Part shown: positions 48,401 to 58,580 of the stretch, in pieces
Position numbering within the stretch: position 1 is the stretch's first letter
Layout of the letters: each line of letters begins with the position of its first letter
Origin: Pseudomonadota bacterium
GTDB taxonomy: Bacteria > Pseudomonadota > Gammaproteobacteria > Burkholderiales > Burkholderiaceae_F
NCBI GenBank assembly: GCA_040752195.1
Contig: JBFMFC010000003.1
Location: 40,110-104,109, forward strand
Reading direction: 5' to 3'
DNA: 64,000 nucleotides
Made by a program: the position numbers and the translations under genes
The notes under the pieces: generated by a model
The model's input: only the letters and a program-made list of their open reading frames with translations
Databases searched by the model: none
Told to the model about the DNA's origin: nothing

Positions 48401-48685
48401 CAGCATCCGGTTGCACAACCCGTGGAAGGTGCCGATCCACATGCCGCGCACGTTGATCGGCAGCATCGCGGCGAGCCGCGTCAGCATCTCGCGGGCGGCC
48501 TTGTTCGTGAAAGTCACCGCGAGAACGCCCTGCGGGCTCACGCGGCGGGTCTGAATCAGCCAGGCGATGCGCGTGGTCAGCACGCGCGTCTTTCCCGAGC
48601 CTGCGCCGGCGAGGATCAGTGCGGACTGATCGGGCAGCGTCACCGCCGCGAGCTGCTGCGGGTTCAGCGAGTCGAGCAGGTTCAT
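45419..48685 (-). CDS. uvrD: UvrD/PcrA SF1 DNA helicase, intein-containing precursor (738 aa after splicing)
   Basis: AGAGSGKT, DEFQD, VGDDDQ|intein|SIYAFRG, LEQNYRS, MTVHAAKGLEF, EERRLMYVAITRA. Confidence 0.96.
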   Translation of the reverse strand: MNLLDSLNPQQLAAVTLPDQSALILAGAGSGKTRVLTTRIAWLIQTRRVSPQGVLAVTFTNKAAREMLTRLAAMLPINVRGMWIGTFHGLCNRMLRAHHRDANLPQTFQILDSADQLSAIKRLLKSLNVDDERYPPRNLQWFINNAKEAGLRAKDVAVNDDYNRKFIELYAAYDAQCQREGVVDFAELLLRCYELLVRNEPLRSHYQERFSHILVDEFQDTNVLQYKWLKLLAGHGEGGGARNAVFAVGDDDQCLAAGTQVLMEDGSVKPIERVAVGDRVRSAYGGGHFGPARVIGVHARGVDTSLVTIRTAGGRTLTSTPEHTHFAGYAVGHLPPKHFLCLMHKPGVGYRLAVSGHRNEHFDGKTVPGFRHRARREGAESVWVLESFDDERSADKRLRVLSLKYGLPTRGVAARGKSAPPPEFAALNTERAARWLLEDLKLAADRPDDRRRPSFGAPGDVLLTLCAETRRGAPNHRLYARTLDQTQAERLRQAGYLPTIVDDGKGGWCVQMFRRDYGELADDARKIRAILGGRILTRARLGRRTLPMTQAEHVRTGMAIFTADGGFDTVVAVEAAPRASVTVYDIDVEASHNFVANGLLTHNSIYAFRGANVGNMADFEREFRVRNVIKLEQNYRSHGHILDAANALIRNNARRLGKNLWTDAGHGEPVRIFEAGSDGLEAAWLVDEVKNLIADGLARSEIAVLYRSNAQSRVIEHALVNAGIPYRVYGGLRFFERAEIKHALAYLRLIENPADDTAFLRVVNFPPRGIGARTLEQLQDAARAANQSLYAAVGGVGGKAGANLAAFVKLIESLRFETANLPLQEIVDAVIERSGLVAHYRTEREGQERIENLNELVNAAAAFVGEEGYAVDAPATQAEVDAAIPSPLAAFLSHASLEAGENQADEGQDALQLMTVHAAKGLEFNAVFITGLEEGLFPHDNSVSEPDGLEEERRLMYVAITRARRRLYLSFAQSRMLHGQTRYGVKSRFIDELPEGAVKWLTPRLRESTGIRYGRWHDAGAASAAAAVAPKPQTVHGFRIGQSVRHARFGDGVIIKLEGSGDDARAKINFGPQGVKELLLSIAKLQAA
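46877..47926 (-). mobile_element. intein (350 aa) in UvrD helicase motif III
   Basis: Starts C-LAAGTQVLM (block A), TPEH (block B TxxH), VYDIDVEASHNFVANG (block F), ends THN; +1 residue is Ser; removing it restores GDDDQSIY. Confidence 0.95.
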
Positions 48686-48880
48686 GCGCGAATTCTAAGG
48701 TCCATCGAATGGATGACCGGTTTCGCGGCACGCCGCACGTTCGTCGCCGCTGCGTGAAGGACCAAGTTCCCGTTTTGGGTAAGGCCGGTAACTCCTTGTA
48801 TCAAGCGATTGCCGCCGCACGCGCACGACCGATAGAGTGCGCCGCCATGCGCCGCGCCGCGCGACGAGCAGGAGAGGCCG

Positions 48881-50611
48881 ATGGAACACGAAACCGAGCC
48901 GGGCACCACACCGCTGGCGGACGAATCGCCGGCGCCGACGACGCCGCAACGCAATGTCGCCGCGCTGCTCATCGCCGCGGCCACCGGGCAGGCTTGCGGC
49001 GGCGGGTCCGGCTCGCCCGCGCCGGCTCCCATGCCGCCGGCGCCGGCGATCACGCAGGCCGAGGCGGCACGCTTCCTGACACAGGCCACGTTCGGGCCGA
49101 ATGACGCGACGATCCAGTCGGTGGTCGCGCTCGGCTACCGCGGCTGGATCGAAGATCAGTTCGCCAAGCCGCGTGTGCTGCACCGGACCTACCTCGAGCG
49201 GGCGATCGCCGCCGGTGATCCGGCCGCGCCCGAGCGCATCTATCGCGACCACGTGATGGACACGTTCTGGACGCAGGCGATCACCGGCGAGGATCAGCTG
49301 CGGCAGCGAATGGCGTTCGCGCTGTCGCAGATCTTCGTGGTGTCGCAGGCCAATGCCGACGTGAACAACCGGCCGCGCGGACTGGCGGACTACCTCGACA
49401 TGCTGGGCACGCACGCGTTCGGCAACTTCCGCGCGCTGCTCGAGGCGGTGAGCCTGCATCCGATCATGGGCCTGTACCTGTCCGCGCTGCGCAACCGCAA
49501 GGAGGACCCCGCGACCGGCCGCGTGCCCGACGAGAACTACGCGCGCGAGGTGATGCAGCTCTTCACGATCGGGCTGTACCAGCTCGACAGCGACGGCACA
49601 CTCAAGCGCGACAGCAGCGGCAATCCGATCCCGACCTACAGCAACGCCGACGTGCAGGGGTTGGCCAAGGTCTTCACCGGCTGGAGCTGGGCCGGGCCGG
49701 ATACCACCGACACGCGCTTCTTCGGCGGCAACGCCGATCCGAACCGCGACGTGACGCCGATGCAGGCATACGCGCAGTTCCACTCGACGTCGGCCAAGAC
49801 GTTCCTCGGCGTCACCATCCCGGCGAACACGCCCGCGGAGCCGAGCCTGAAGATCGCGCTCGACACGCTGTTCAACCATCCGAACACCGCACCGTTCTTC
49901 TGTCGGCAGTTGATCCAGCGCTTCGTCACCAGCAATCCGTCGCCGGCGTATGTGGCGCGCGTGGCGGCGGCGTTCGCCGACAACGGCGCCGGCCAGCGCG
50001 GCGACATGAAAGCGGTCATCCGCGCGATGCTGCTCGACACGGAAGCGCGCAGCGCGAGCGTTGCCGCGCAGCCGACCTGGGGCAAGCTGCGCGAGCCGGT
50101 GATCCGGCTCGCCAACTGGGCGCGCGCGTTCGGCGCGACCTCGGTCAGCGGCAACTACATGATCCGCAACGTCGCCGATCCCTCGACAGCGCTCGGGCAG
50201 AACCCGCTGCGTTCGCCGTCGGTGTTCAACTTCTATCGACCGGGCTACGTACCGCCGTCGACCGCGATCGCGAGCGCGGGACTGGTCGCGCCGGAATTCC
50301 AGATCACCGGCGAGACCTCGGTGGCCGGGTATCTCAACTTCATGCGCAACACGGTCAACAGCGGAGTCGGCACCGGCACCGACGTGCGATCGGCCTATGT
50401 GCAGGAGGTCGCGCTCGCCGGCAATCCAGACCAACTGGTCGACCGCGTGAAGCTGCTGCTGACGGCGGGCCGGATGACCGACGCCACCCGCGCCGCGATC
50501 CGCGATGCCGTGGCGGCGATCCCGACGACCGCGACCGGCGCGTCGCTGAACCGCGCCAAGCTCGCGATCTACCTGACGCTCGCGTCGCCCGAATTCATCG
50601 TGCAGAAATGA
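48881..50611 (+). CDS. DUF1800 family protein
   Basis: AARFLTQATFG, DQLRQRMAFALSQIFVVS, FGNFR.LL, PDENYARE.MQLFTIG, KLREP, SPSVFNF. Confidence 0.9.
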   Translation: MEHETEPGTTPLADESPAPTTPQRNVAALLIAAATGQACGGGSGSPAPAPMPPAPAITQAEAARFLTQATFGPNDATIQSVVALGYRGWIEDQFAKPRVLHRTYLERAIAAGDPAAPERIYRDHVMDTFWTQAITGEDQLRQRMAFALSQIFVVSQANADVNNRPRGLADYLDMLGTHAFGNFRALLEAVSLHPIMGLYLSALRNRKEDPATGRVPDENYAREVMQLFTIGLYQLDSDGTLKRDSSGNPIPTYSNADVQGLAKVFTGWSWAGPDTTDTRFFGGNADPNRDVTPMQAYAQFHSTSAKTFLGVTIPANTPAEPSLKIALDTLFNHPNTAPFFCRQLIQRFVTSNPSPAYVARVAAAFADNGAGQRGDMKAVIRAMLLDTEARSASVAAQPTWGKLREPVIRLANWARAFGATSVSGNYMIRNVADPSTALGQNPLRSPSVFNFYRPGYVPPSTAIASAGLVAPEFQITGETSVAGYLNFMRNTVNSGVGTGTDVRSAYVQEVALAGNPDQLVDRVKLLLTAGRMTDATRAAIRDAVAAIPTTATGASLNRAKLAIYLTLASPEFIVQK

Positions 50612-51999
50612 GCCCGAAAATGACCCGCAAATCGCATCCGATCGACGGCAGCCGCCGGCAGTTCCTGCAGACCGCGTCCGCGCTGTCGGTGCTTGGCAGC
50701 GCCACGCCGCTCGCGTTGAACCTCGCCGGCATCGGCGCCGCCGCGGCGCAGACCGCGGAGGACTATCGCGCGCTGGTATGCGTGTTCCTGTACGGCGGCA
50801 ACGACCAGACCAACACGGTCGTGCCGTTCGACTCGTCGGAGTTCAACGCGTACACGGCCGCGCGGCCGACCATCGCGCTCACCTCGGCGCAACTGACGTC
50901 GCTCGGCGCGGTCGCCGCGCAGGGCGGTCGCAGCTTTGCGCTGCCGAACGAACTGGCGCCGCTGGCGACGCTTTACCGCAGCGGCAAGCTCGCGGTGGTC
51001 GCCAACGTCGGGCCGCTGATCGTGCCGACCACCAAGGCGCAGTACCAGAGCGCGTCGGTGCCGTTGCCGCCGAAGCTGTTCTCCCACAACGACCAGCAGT
51101 CGGTGTGGCAGTCGTCAAGCGCCGAGGGCGCGACCAGCGGCTGGGGCGGCCGCATCGCCGACGTGATCGCGTCGGGCAATGCCAACCAGACCTTCTCCGC
51201 GGTATCGGTCGCCGGCGCGGCGGTGTACCTGTCCGGCCGCAGCGTGCTGCAGTACCAGGTCGGCATCAACGGCCCGGTCGCGGTCAGCGGACTGACCGGA
51301 ACGCTGTTCGGCTCCGCGAGTGCGTCCCAGGTGCTGCAGCAACTGATCACCGCGGCGCGGCCCGACATGTTCGAGGACGAATACGACCGCGTGACCGCGC
51401 GCTCGATCGCGGCCAACACGGCATTGACCGGCGCGCTGGCGTCGGCGCCGGCCCTCACCACCGCGTTCCCGGCGGGCAACCCGCTCGCCGACCAACTGAG
51501 GATGGTCGCGCGCACGATCAGCGCGCGGCAGGCGCTCGGCGCGAAACGCCAGGTGTTCTTCGTCAGCCTGGGGGGCTTCGACACGCACGATTTCCAGTTG
51601 CGCGACCAGCCCACCCTGCACACGACGCTCGCCGCCGCGCTCGATGCGTTCTACAACGCGACGGTGGAACTCGGCGTGGCGAATCTCGTCACGACGTTCA
51701 CCGCGTCCGACTTCGGTCGCACGCTGACCAGCAACGGCGACGGCTCCGACCACGGCTGGGGCTCGCATCACTTCGTGCTCGGCGGCGCAGTCAGGGGCGG
51801 AACGATTTACGGCTCCTTCCCGACCGTCGCGCTTGGCACCGCGGAGGACGTGGGCTCGGGGCGGCTGCTGCCGTCGATCGCCGTCGACCAGTACGCCGCC
51901 ACGTTGGCGAAATGGTTCGGCGTGTCGGACACCGATCTCGCGACGGTGGTGCCGAACCTCGCGAACTTCACCACGCGCGACCTCGGGTTCATGGCGTAG
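50608..51999 (+). CDS. DUF1501 family protein, Tat-exported
   Basis: SRRQFL Tat motif, ALVCVFLYGGND, LFSHNDQQ, GWGGR, GGFDTH, SDFGRT, GSDHGWG. Confidence 0.9.
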   Translation: MSPKMTRKSHPIDGSRRQFLQTASALSVLGSATPLALNLAGIGAAAAQTAEDYRALVCVFLYGGNDQTNTVVPFDSSEFNAYTAARPTIALTSAQLTSLGAVAAQGGRSFALPNELAPLATLYRSGKLAVVANVGPLIVPTTKAQYQSASVPLPPKLFSHNDQQSVWQSSSAEGATSGWGGRIADVIASGNANQTFSAVSVAGAAVYLSGRSVLQYQVGINGPVAVSGLTGTLFGSASASQVLQQLITAARPDMFEDEYDRVTARSIAANTALTGALASAPALTTAFPAGNPLADQLRMVARTISARQALGAKRQVFFVSLGGFDTHDFQLRDQPTLHTTLAAALDAFYNATVELGVANLVTTFTASDFGRTLTSNGDGSDHGWGSHHFVLGGAVRGGTIYGSFPTVALGTAEDVGSGRLLPSIAVDQYAATLAKWFGVSDTDLATVVPNLANFTTRDLGFMA

Positions 52000-52005
52000 C
52001 GCCGA

Positions 52006-52011
52006 TATACT
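52006..52011 (+). promoter_or_regulatory. candidate sigma70 -10 box for leuS
   Basis: TATACT about 27 nt upstream of the leuS ATG in otherwise GC-rich DNA; no clear -35 box. Confidence 0.35.
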
Positions 52012-52038
52012 CTCGCTCGGCACCGTCCGAGTCGAGAG

Positions 52039-54666
52039 ATGCAAGAGAAATACAATCCGCAGCAGGTCGAAGCCGACGCGCAGGCCCACTGGCGCTTGAT
52101 CGACGCCTATCGCGCGCGCGAGAACGATCCGCGCTTTCCCAAAGGCAAGTTCTACGTGTGCTCGATGCTGCCGTACCCGAGCGGCAAGCTGCACATGGGG
52201 CACGTGCGCAACTACACGCTGAACGACGTGATGTACCGCTACATGCGGTCGAGCGGCTACAACGTGATGACGCCGATGGGCTGGGACGCGTTCGGCCTGC
52301 CGGCGGAGAACGCGGCGATCGAGAAGGGCATCGCGCCGGCGCAGTGGACCCGCGCCAACATCGCCGACATGAAGGCGCAGATGCAGCCGCTGGGACTGGC
52401 GTTCGACTGGAGCCGCGAGATCGCGACCTGCGATCCCGGTTACTACAAGTGGAACCAGTGGCTGTTCCTGAAGATGCTGGAACGCGGCATCGCCTACCGC
52501 AAGACGCAGATCGTCAACTGGGACCCGGTAGACAACACGGTGCTCGCCAACGAGCAGGTGATCGACGGCCGCGGCTGGCGCTCGGGCGCGCTCGTGGAAA
52601 AGCGCGAGATCCCCGGCTACTACCTGGCGATCACGAAGTACGCGGAGGAACTGCTCGCCGATCTGGCCAGGCTCGACGGCTGGCCGGAGAAAGTGCGCGT
52701 GATGCAGGAGAACTGGATCGGCAAGAGCGTCGGCGTCAATTTCGGCTTTCCGTACGAAATCGACGGCGAAAGCAAGCTGCTGCGGGTGTTCACCACGCGC
52801 GCCGACACGATCATGGGCGTGACCTTCGTCGCGATCGCCGCCGAGCATCCGCTGGCCGCGCGTCTGGCCCGAGACGACCCGAAGGTCGCCGCCTTCGTCG
52901 AGGAGTGCAAGCGCGGCACCGTGATGGAAGCCGATCTCGCGACGATGGAGAAGAAGGGGGTGCCGACCGGCTTTTTCGTCACGCACCCGCTCACGGGCGA
53001 GAAGATCGAGGTCTGGGTCGGCAACTACGTGCTGATGGGCTACGGCGAAGGCGCCGTGATGGGTGTGCCCGGCCATGACGAGCGCGACTTCGCGTTCGCG
53101 AAGAAGTACGGGCTTCCGATCAGGCAGGTGATCGCGCCGGCCGCCGGCCGCGACGCGCCGCCGTTCACCGCCGAGCGCTGGCAAGACTGGTACGCCGACA
53201 AGGACGGCGTCTGCGTCAACTCCGGCAGGTACGACGGCCTGTCGTACGAGGCCGCGGTCGACGCGATCGCCGCCGATCTCAGGGCGAAGGGGCTCGGCGA
53301 CAAGCAGGTGCAGTGGCGGCTGCGCGACTGGGGCATCTCGCGCCAGCGCTACTGGGGCACGCCGATCCCGATCATCCATTGCGCGGACTGCGGCCCGGTG
53401 CCGGTGCCCGAGAAGGACCTGCCGGTCGTGCTGCCCGAGGATCTGGTGCCCGACGGCAGCGGCAATCCGCTCGCGAAGGACGAGCGCTTCCTCGCCTGCA
53501 CGTGTCCGCAGTGCGGCAAGCCGGCGCGGCGCGAAACCGACACGATGGACACCTTCGTCGACAGCGCCTGGTACTACATGCGCTACTGCTCGCCCGATGC
53601 GCCGACGATGGTCGACGAGCGCGTCGACTACTGGATGCCGATGGACCAGTACATCGGCGGCATCGAGCACGCGGTGCTGCACCTGCTGTACGCGCGCTTC
53701 TGGACCAAGGTCATGCGCGACCTGGGGCTGGTGAAGTTCGACGAGCCGTTCACGCGTTTGTTCACGCAGGGCATGCTGCTCGCGGAGTGCTGGTACCGCG
53801 AGGACGAAAGCGGTCGCAAGCGCTGGTTCTACCCGAGCGAAGTGGACGTGCAGTTCGACGAGCGCGGGCGCCCCATCGGCGCCACCGCCAAGGCCGACGG
53901 CAAGCCGGTGCTGTACGGCGGCATCGAAAAGATGTCCAAGAGCAAGAACAACGTCGTCGAGCCGAAGGACGTGATCGCGCGCTTCGGGGCGGATACCGCG
54001 CGCGCGTTCGTGATGTTCGCCGGCCCTCCGGATCAGAGCGCCGCCTGGTCGGATTCGGGTGCCGAAGGCGTCTACCGCTTCCTGCGCCGGTTGTGGAACT
54101 TCTGCTATGCGCGGCGCGCGTCGATCGCGGCGGCCGGCGCGATCGACGCGCTGCCGCTCGATGGCCGCGCCCGCGCGCTACGGCGCGAAGTCCATCTGAA
54201 TCTGAAGCAGGCGGACTTCGACTACCAGCGCATGCAGTACAACACGGTCGTGTCGGCGGCGATGAAGATGCTGAACGCGATCGAGGACGCCGCGCTCGAC
54301 GATTCGCCGGCGTCGGCCGCGGTGCTGCGCGAAAGCCTCTCGATCCTGCTGCGCACGCTGTATCCGATCGCGCCGCACATCGCGCATGTGCTGTGGGTCG
54401 ATCTCGGTTACGCCAGGGCGGCCGGCGACCTGTTGGATGCGCCGTGGCCCAAGCCGGCGGCCGACGCGCTCGCGCAGGACGAGGTCGAACTGGTCGTGCA
54501 GGTCAACGGCAAGCTGCGCGGCACGGTGCGCGTGCCCGCGCGGGCCGACAAGGGCGCGATCGAAGCGGCGGCGCTGGCCGACGCCAACGTGCGCAAGTTC
54601 GTCGGTGCCAACCCCGTCAAGCGCGTCGTCGTCGTGCCCGGCAAGCTGGTCAACGTGGTCGTCTAG
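52039..54666 (+). CDS. leuS: leucyl-tRNA synthetase
   Basis: [49 protein letters not shown]. Confidence 0.98.
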   Translation: MQEKYNPQQVEADAQAHWRLIDAYRARENDPRFPKGKFYVCSMLPYPSGKLHMGHVRNYTLNDVMYRYMRSSGYNVMTPMGWDAFGLPAENAAIEKGIAPAQWTRANIADMKAQMQPLGLAFDWSREIATCDPGYYKWNQWLFLKMLERGIAYRKTQIVNWDPVDNTVLANEQVIDGRGWRSGALVEKREIPGYYLAITKYAEELLADLARLDGWPEKVRVMQENWIGKSVGVNFGFPYEIDGESKLLRVFTTRADTIMGVTFVAIAAEHPLAARLARDDPKVAAFVEECKRGTVMEADLATMEKKGVPTGFFVTHPLTGEKIEVWVGNYVLMGYGEGAVMGVPGHDERDFAFAKKYGLPIRQVIAPAAGRDAPPFTAERWQDWYADKDGVCVNSGRYDGLSYEAAVDAIAADLRAKGLGDKQVQWRLRDWGISRQRYWGTPIPIIHCADCGPVPVPEKDLPVVLPEDLVPDGSGNPLAKDERFLACTCPQCGKPARRETDTMDTFVDSAWYYMRYCSPDAPTMVDERVDYWMPMDQYIGGIEHAVLHLLYARFWTKVMRDLGLVKFDEPFTRLFTQGMLLAECWYREDESGRKRWFYPSEVDVQFDERGRPIGATAKADGKPVLYGGIEKMSKSKNNVVEPKDVIARFGADTARAFVMFAGPPDQSAAWSDSGAEGVYRFLRRLWNFCYARRASIAAAGAIDALPLDGRARALRREVHLNLKQADFDYQRMQYNTVVSAAMKMLNAIEDAALDDSPASAAVLRESLSILLRTLYPIAPHIAHVLWVDLGYARAAGDLLDAPWPKPAADALAQDEVELVVQVNGKLRGTVRVPARADKGAIEAAALADANVRKFVGANPVKRVVVVPGKLVNVVV

Positions 54667-54719
54667 CCGATGCGGCAGCGGCGCGTCTCGGCGATCGGCA
54701 CGCACCACCCGGACGGAAG

Positions 54720-55250
54720 ATGAGGCGCCCGCTCCGCGTCGGCCGCGCGTCCTCCGCGGCCGTCTGGCTGATGTTGAGCCTCGCCTTCGCCGTGACGTCG
54801 TGCGGCTTCAAGCTGCGCGGCGCGCAGCAGCTGCCGTTCGAGACGATCTACCTGGGCTTCGGGCCGAATTCCTCGCTCGGCGCGGAGCTTGCGCGCAACA
54901 TCCGCGCCGGGACGAGCACCAAGATCGTCGACGACCGCGCACAGGCGCAGGCCGTGCTCGACGTGCTCGGCGAGGCGCGCGAGCGCGACGTGCTGTCGGT
55001 CAGCGCGCAGGGGCGCGCGCGCGAGTTCCAGCTGCGGCTGCGGCTGCAGTTCCGCCTGCACGACGGCAAAGGGCGCGAGTTCATCGCGCCGACGCAGATC
55101 ACCGTGCAACGCGACATCTCGTTCAACGAAGCGCAGGTGCTCGCGAAGGAGTCGGAAGAAGCGCTGCTGTATCGCGACATGCAGACCGACGTCGTTCAGC
55201 AGCTGCTGCGCCGGCTCGCCGCGGTCAAGGTCGATGCAGCTAAGGGCTGA
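54720..55250 (+). CDS. lptE: LPS assembly lipoprotein LptE
   Basis: Lipobox VTSC-GFKLRG, RDISFNE..VLAKESEE..LYRDM; lies between leuS and holA. Confidence 0.92.
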   Translation: MRRPLRVGRASSAAVWLMLSLAFAVTSCGFKLRGAQQLPFETIYLGFGPNSSLGAELARNIRAGTSTKIVDDRAQAQAVLDVLGEARERDVLSVSAQGRAREFQLRLRLQFRLHDGKGREFIAPTQITVQRDISFNEAQVLAKESEEALLYRDMQTDVVQQLLRRLAAVKVDAAKG

Positions 55251-56280
55251 AGCGCTCGCCGGGCATCTGGCCGGCCGCGCCAAGTCCGGCGCGCTCGCGC
55301 GCATCTACACCGTCGCCGGCGACGAGCCGCTGCTCGCGATCGAAGCGCAGGACGCGATCCGCGCCGCAGCGCGCGCGAGCGGCTACACGGAGCGCGAGGT
55401 GCTGCACGTCGATGCGCGTTTCGACTGGTCGCAACTCGCTGTGCATGCGCGCGGACTGTCGCTGTTCGCCGAGCGCCGCATCCTCGAGATCCGGCTTCCT
55501 TCGGGCAAGCCGGGAACGGCCGGCGCGGAGGCGCTGCGCGCGCACGCGGAAAGCGCCGCCGACGACACGCTGACGATCGTCGCGCTGCCCAGGCTCGACA
55601 GGAAGCAGCGTCAGGCCGACTGGGCCGCCGCGCTCGACGCCGCCGGCGTCTGGGTCGACGTGCCGGCCGTCGAACGCGCCGCACTGCCCGCGTGGATCGC
55701 CGCCAGGCTGGCGCGCCAACAGCAGGAAGCGCCGCGCGACGCGCTCGAGTTCATCGCCGATCGCGTCGAAGGCAATCTGCTCGCGGCGCATCAGGAGATC
55801 TGCAAGCTCGCGCTGTTGTACCCGGCGGGCAAGCTGACGCTCGAGCAGGTCGAGGCCAGCGTGCTGAACGTCGCGCGCTACGACGTCTTCGCGCTACCGG
55901 TCGCGATGCTCGAAGGCGACGCGAAGCGCGTCGTCCGCATCATGGACGGGCTGCGCGCGGAGGGCGAGCCGCTGCCGCTGCTGCTGTGGGCCGTGACCGA
56001 GGACCTGCGCACGCTGCTGCGCCTGCGCGCCGCGCTCGACCGCGGCGTGCCGTACGCGCAGGCCGCGCGCGAGGTCTGGGTCCGGCGCGAGAAGGAAGCC
56101 GCGACGCAGGCCGCGCTGCGCCGCGTCGACGCGGCCACGCTCGCACGGCTGCTGGCGCGCTGCGCCGACGTCGATCGCGCGTTCAAGGGCCTGCGCACGC
56201 CGAAAGCCGACGGCGACGCATGGCTAGAATTGACCGACATCGCGCTCGCCGTCGCGGCACCGCGCGCACCGACATCGTGA
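55234..56280 (+). CDS. holA: DNA polymerase III delta subunit
   Basis: [44 protein letters not shown]; start ATG 55234. Confidence 0.93.
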   Translation: MQLRAEALAGHLAGRAKSGALARIYTVAGDEPLLAIEAQDAIRAAARASGYTEREVLHVDARFDWSQLAVHARGLSLFAERRILEIRLPSGKPGTAGAEALRAHAESAADDTLTIVALPRLDRKQRQADWAAALDAAGVWVDVPAVERAALPAWIAARLARQQQEAPRDALEFIADRVEGNLLAAHQEICKLALLYPAGKLTLEQVEASVLNVARYDVFALPVAMLEGDAKRVVRIMDGLRAEGEPLPLLLWAVTEDLRTLLRLRAALDRGVPYAQAAREVWVRREKEAATQAALRRVDAATLARLLARCADVDRAFKGLRTPKADGDAWLELTDIALAVAAPRAPTS

Positions 56281-57572
56281 ACGCACCCATCGATCGGGCC
56301 TCGAGCGATCTCGCCGCCTACATGACCGCGGTCGGACGGCGCGCGCGCGCGGCGTCGACGGCGCTGGCGAAGGCGTCGACGGCGGCGAAGAACGCCGCGC
56401 TGCGAACCATCGCCGCGGCGATCCGCGCGCGCCGCGGCGAGATCGTCGAAGCCAACGGCCGCGACGTCGCGCGCGCGAGCATGAGCGGGCTCGAATCCGC
56501 GCTGCTCGACCGGCTCAGGCTCACCGACGACTACATCGAGCAGATGGCGGCCGGTCTCGAGCAGGTCGCCGGGCTGCCCGATCCGATCGGCGAGATCACC
56601 GACGTTCGGCCGCAGCCGTCGGGCATCCGCGTCGGACGGATGCGCGTTCCGCTCGGCGTGATCGCCATCGTCTACGAGAGCCGGCCGAACGTGACGATCG
56701 ACGCCGCGGGGTTGACGCTCAAGAGCGGCAACGCGGCGATTCTGCGCGGCGGCTCGGAGGCGATCGAGTGCAACCGGCTGCTCGCCGCGCTGATCCGCGA
56801 AGGCGTCGCGTCGGCGGGACTGCCGCGCGACGCGGTGCAGCTCGTCGACACGACCGACCGCGCGGCGGTGGGCCTGCTCGCGACGATGACCGAGTACGTC
56901 GACATCCTGGTTCCGCGCGGCGGCCGCGGGCTGATCGAGCGGCTGATGCGCGAGGCGCGCGTGCCGATGATCAAGCACCTCGACGGCGTCTGCCACGTCT
57001 ACATCGACGCCGACGCGGACCCCGACAAGGCGATCGCGATCGCCGACAACGCCAAGACGCAGCGCTACGGCGTATGCAACGCGATGGAGACGCTGCTGGT
57101 GGCGCGGTCGATCGCGCCGCGCGTGCTGCCGCGGCTCGGACGCATCTACGCGGACAAGGGGGTCGAGCTGCGCGTCTGCCCCGAGACGAAGTCGATCCTG
57201 CAGGCGGCCGGCATCCCCTGCAAGGACGCGACCGAGGAGGACTGGCGAACCGAGTACCTGGCGCCGATCCTGTCGATCTCGACCCTGCCGGGTATGGACG
57301 AGGCGATCGCGCACATCAATGCGTTCGGCAGCAGGCACACCGACGCGATCGTCACCGAGAACTACACGGCCGCGCTGCGCTTCCTGCGCGAGGTCGATTC
57401 GGCCTCGGTGATGGTCAACGCGTCGACGCGCTTTGCCGACGGCTTCGAGTACGGCCTCGGCGCGGAGATCGGAATCTCCAACGACAAGCTGCACGCGCGC
57501 GGCCCGGTCGGACTCGAAGGGCTGACGTCGCAGAAGTACGTGGTCTTCGGCAACGGGGAAGTCCGACGCTGA
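56277..57572 (+). CDS. proA: gamma-glutamyl phosphate reductase
   Basis: [54 protein letters not shown]; GTG 56277 overlaps the holA stop. Confidence 0.96.
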   Translation: MNAPIDRASSDLAAYMTAVGRRARAASTALAKASTAAKNAALRTIAAAIRARRGEIVEANGRDVARASMSGLESALLDRLRLTDDYIEQMAAGLEQVAGLPDPIGEITDVRPQPSGIRVGRMRVPLGVIAIVYESRPNVTIDAAGLTLKSGNAAILRGGSEAIECNRLLAALIREGVASAGLPRDAVQLVDTTDRAAVGLLATMTEYVDILVPRGGRGLIERLMREARVPMIKHLDGVCHVYIDADADPDKAIAIADNAKTQRYGVCNAMETLLVARSIAPRVLPRLGRIYADKGVELRVCPETKSILQAAGIPCKDATEEDWRTEYLAPILSISTLPGMDEAIAHINAFGSRHTDAIVTENYTAALRFLREVDSASVMVNASTRFADGFEYGLGAEIGISNDKLHARGPVGLEGLTSQKYVVFGNGEVRR

Positions 57573-57666
57573 TCAGCCAGCGTCGCCGGGAATCCTTCGC
57601 CGCGACGGGGCTCGGGCGACCACGCGCAGGCACGCAACCCGCGATTCTCCAAACGGCCATCCGAAC

Positions 57667-58086
57667 ATGCTCTGGGTCAAGTCGCTGCACATCATCTTCA
57701 TGGTGACCTGGTTCGCCGGGCTGTTCTATCTGCCGCGGCTGTTCGTCTATCACGCGATGGCCGACGACACGGTGTCGAAGGAGCGCTTCAAGGTCATGGA
57801 GCGCAAGCTGTACTACGGCATCATGACGCCGGGCGCGGTGCTCACCGTCGTCTTCGGCGTCTGGCTGTGGGTCGGCTACGGCATCGGCACCGGCCAGGGC
57901 TGGCTGATGGCCAAGCTCGCGCTGGTGATCGCGCTGATCGGCTACCACATCTACTGCGGCATCCTGCTCGACGACTTCGCGAACGACCGCAACACGAAGT
58001 CGCACGTGTGGTTGCGCTGGTTCAACGAGGCGCCGGTCGTCGTGCTCGCCGGCGCGGTGCTGCTGGTCGTGTTCAAGCCGTTCTGA
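57667..58086 (+). CDS. hemJ: protoporphyrinogen IX oxidase HemJ (CopD-like membrane protein)
   Basis: WVKSLHII..VTWFAGLFYLPRLFVYH, MERKL, RWFNE.P, VVFKPF. Confidence 0.88.
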   Translation: MLWVKSLHIIFMVTWFAGLFYLPRLFVYHAMADDTVSKERFKVMERKLYYGIMTPGAVLTVVFGVWLWVGYGIGTGQGWLMAKLALVIALIGYHIYCGILLDDFANDRNTKSHVWLRWFNEAPVVVLAGAVLLVVFKPF

Positions 58087-58093
58087 GCGGCGT

Positions 58094-58501
58094 TCACACG
58101 ACCCGGATCCGTGCGGCGAGCGCGCGCAGCTCGTCGAGCGGCGGGTTCTTGCGCGGCCAGGCGAGTTCCACGCCGTCATTCGCATAGCGCGGCAGCACGT
58201 GCAGGTGGACGTGCGGCACGGTCTGCCAGCCGGCGGGCCTGTTCGCCTGCAGGACCGTGATGCCTTCGGGCTTGAACGCGGCGTCCACGGCGCGCGCCAC
58301 CCGCGCCGCCGTCGTGAACAGCGCGGCCGCGAGTGCGTCGTCGAGATCGAGGATCGTTTCGACCTGCTTCTTCGTCGCGACGATCACGTGCCCGGGATTG
58401 ACCTGGCCCGCGTCCATGAAGGCGATCGTGTGCTCGTCCTCGTAGACCCTGGCCGCCGGGATCTCGCCGCGCACGATGCGGGTGAAGACAGTCGGTTCCA
58501 T
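58094..58501 (-). CDS. HIT family hydrolase
   Basis: VFTRIVRGEIPA, GHVIV, QTVPHVHLHV histidine triad; start trimmed to ATG 58501. Confidence 0.92.
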   Translation of the reverse strand: MEPTVFTRIVRGEIPAARVYEDEHTIAFMDAGQVNPGHVIVATKKQVETILDLDDALAAALFTTAARVARAVDAAFKPEGITVLQANRPAGWQTVPHVHLHVLPRYANDGVELAWPRKNPPLDELRALAARIRVV

Positions 58502-58580
58502 CGTCGCTACGCTCCGGGTTGCAATGCCCGCATTGTAGAAACCGAAACGCGCACGCGCCCCGACCGCACACGCACGCCGA

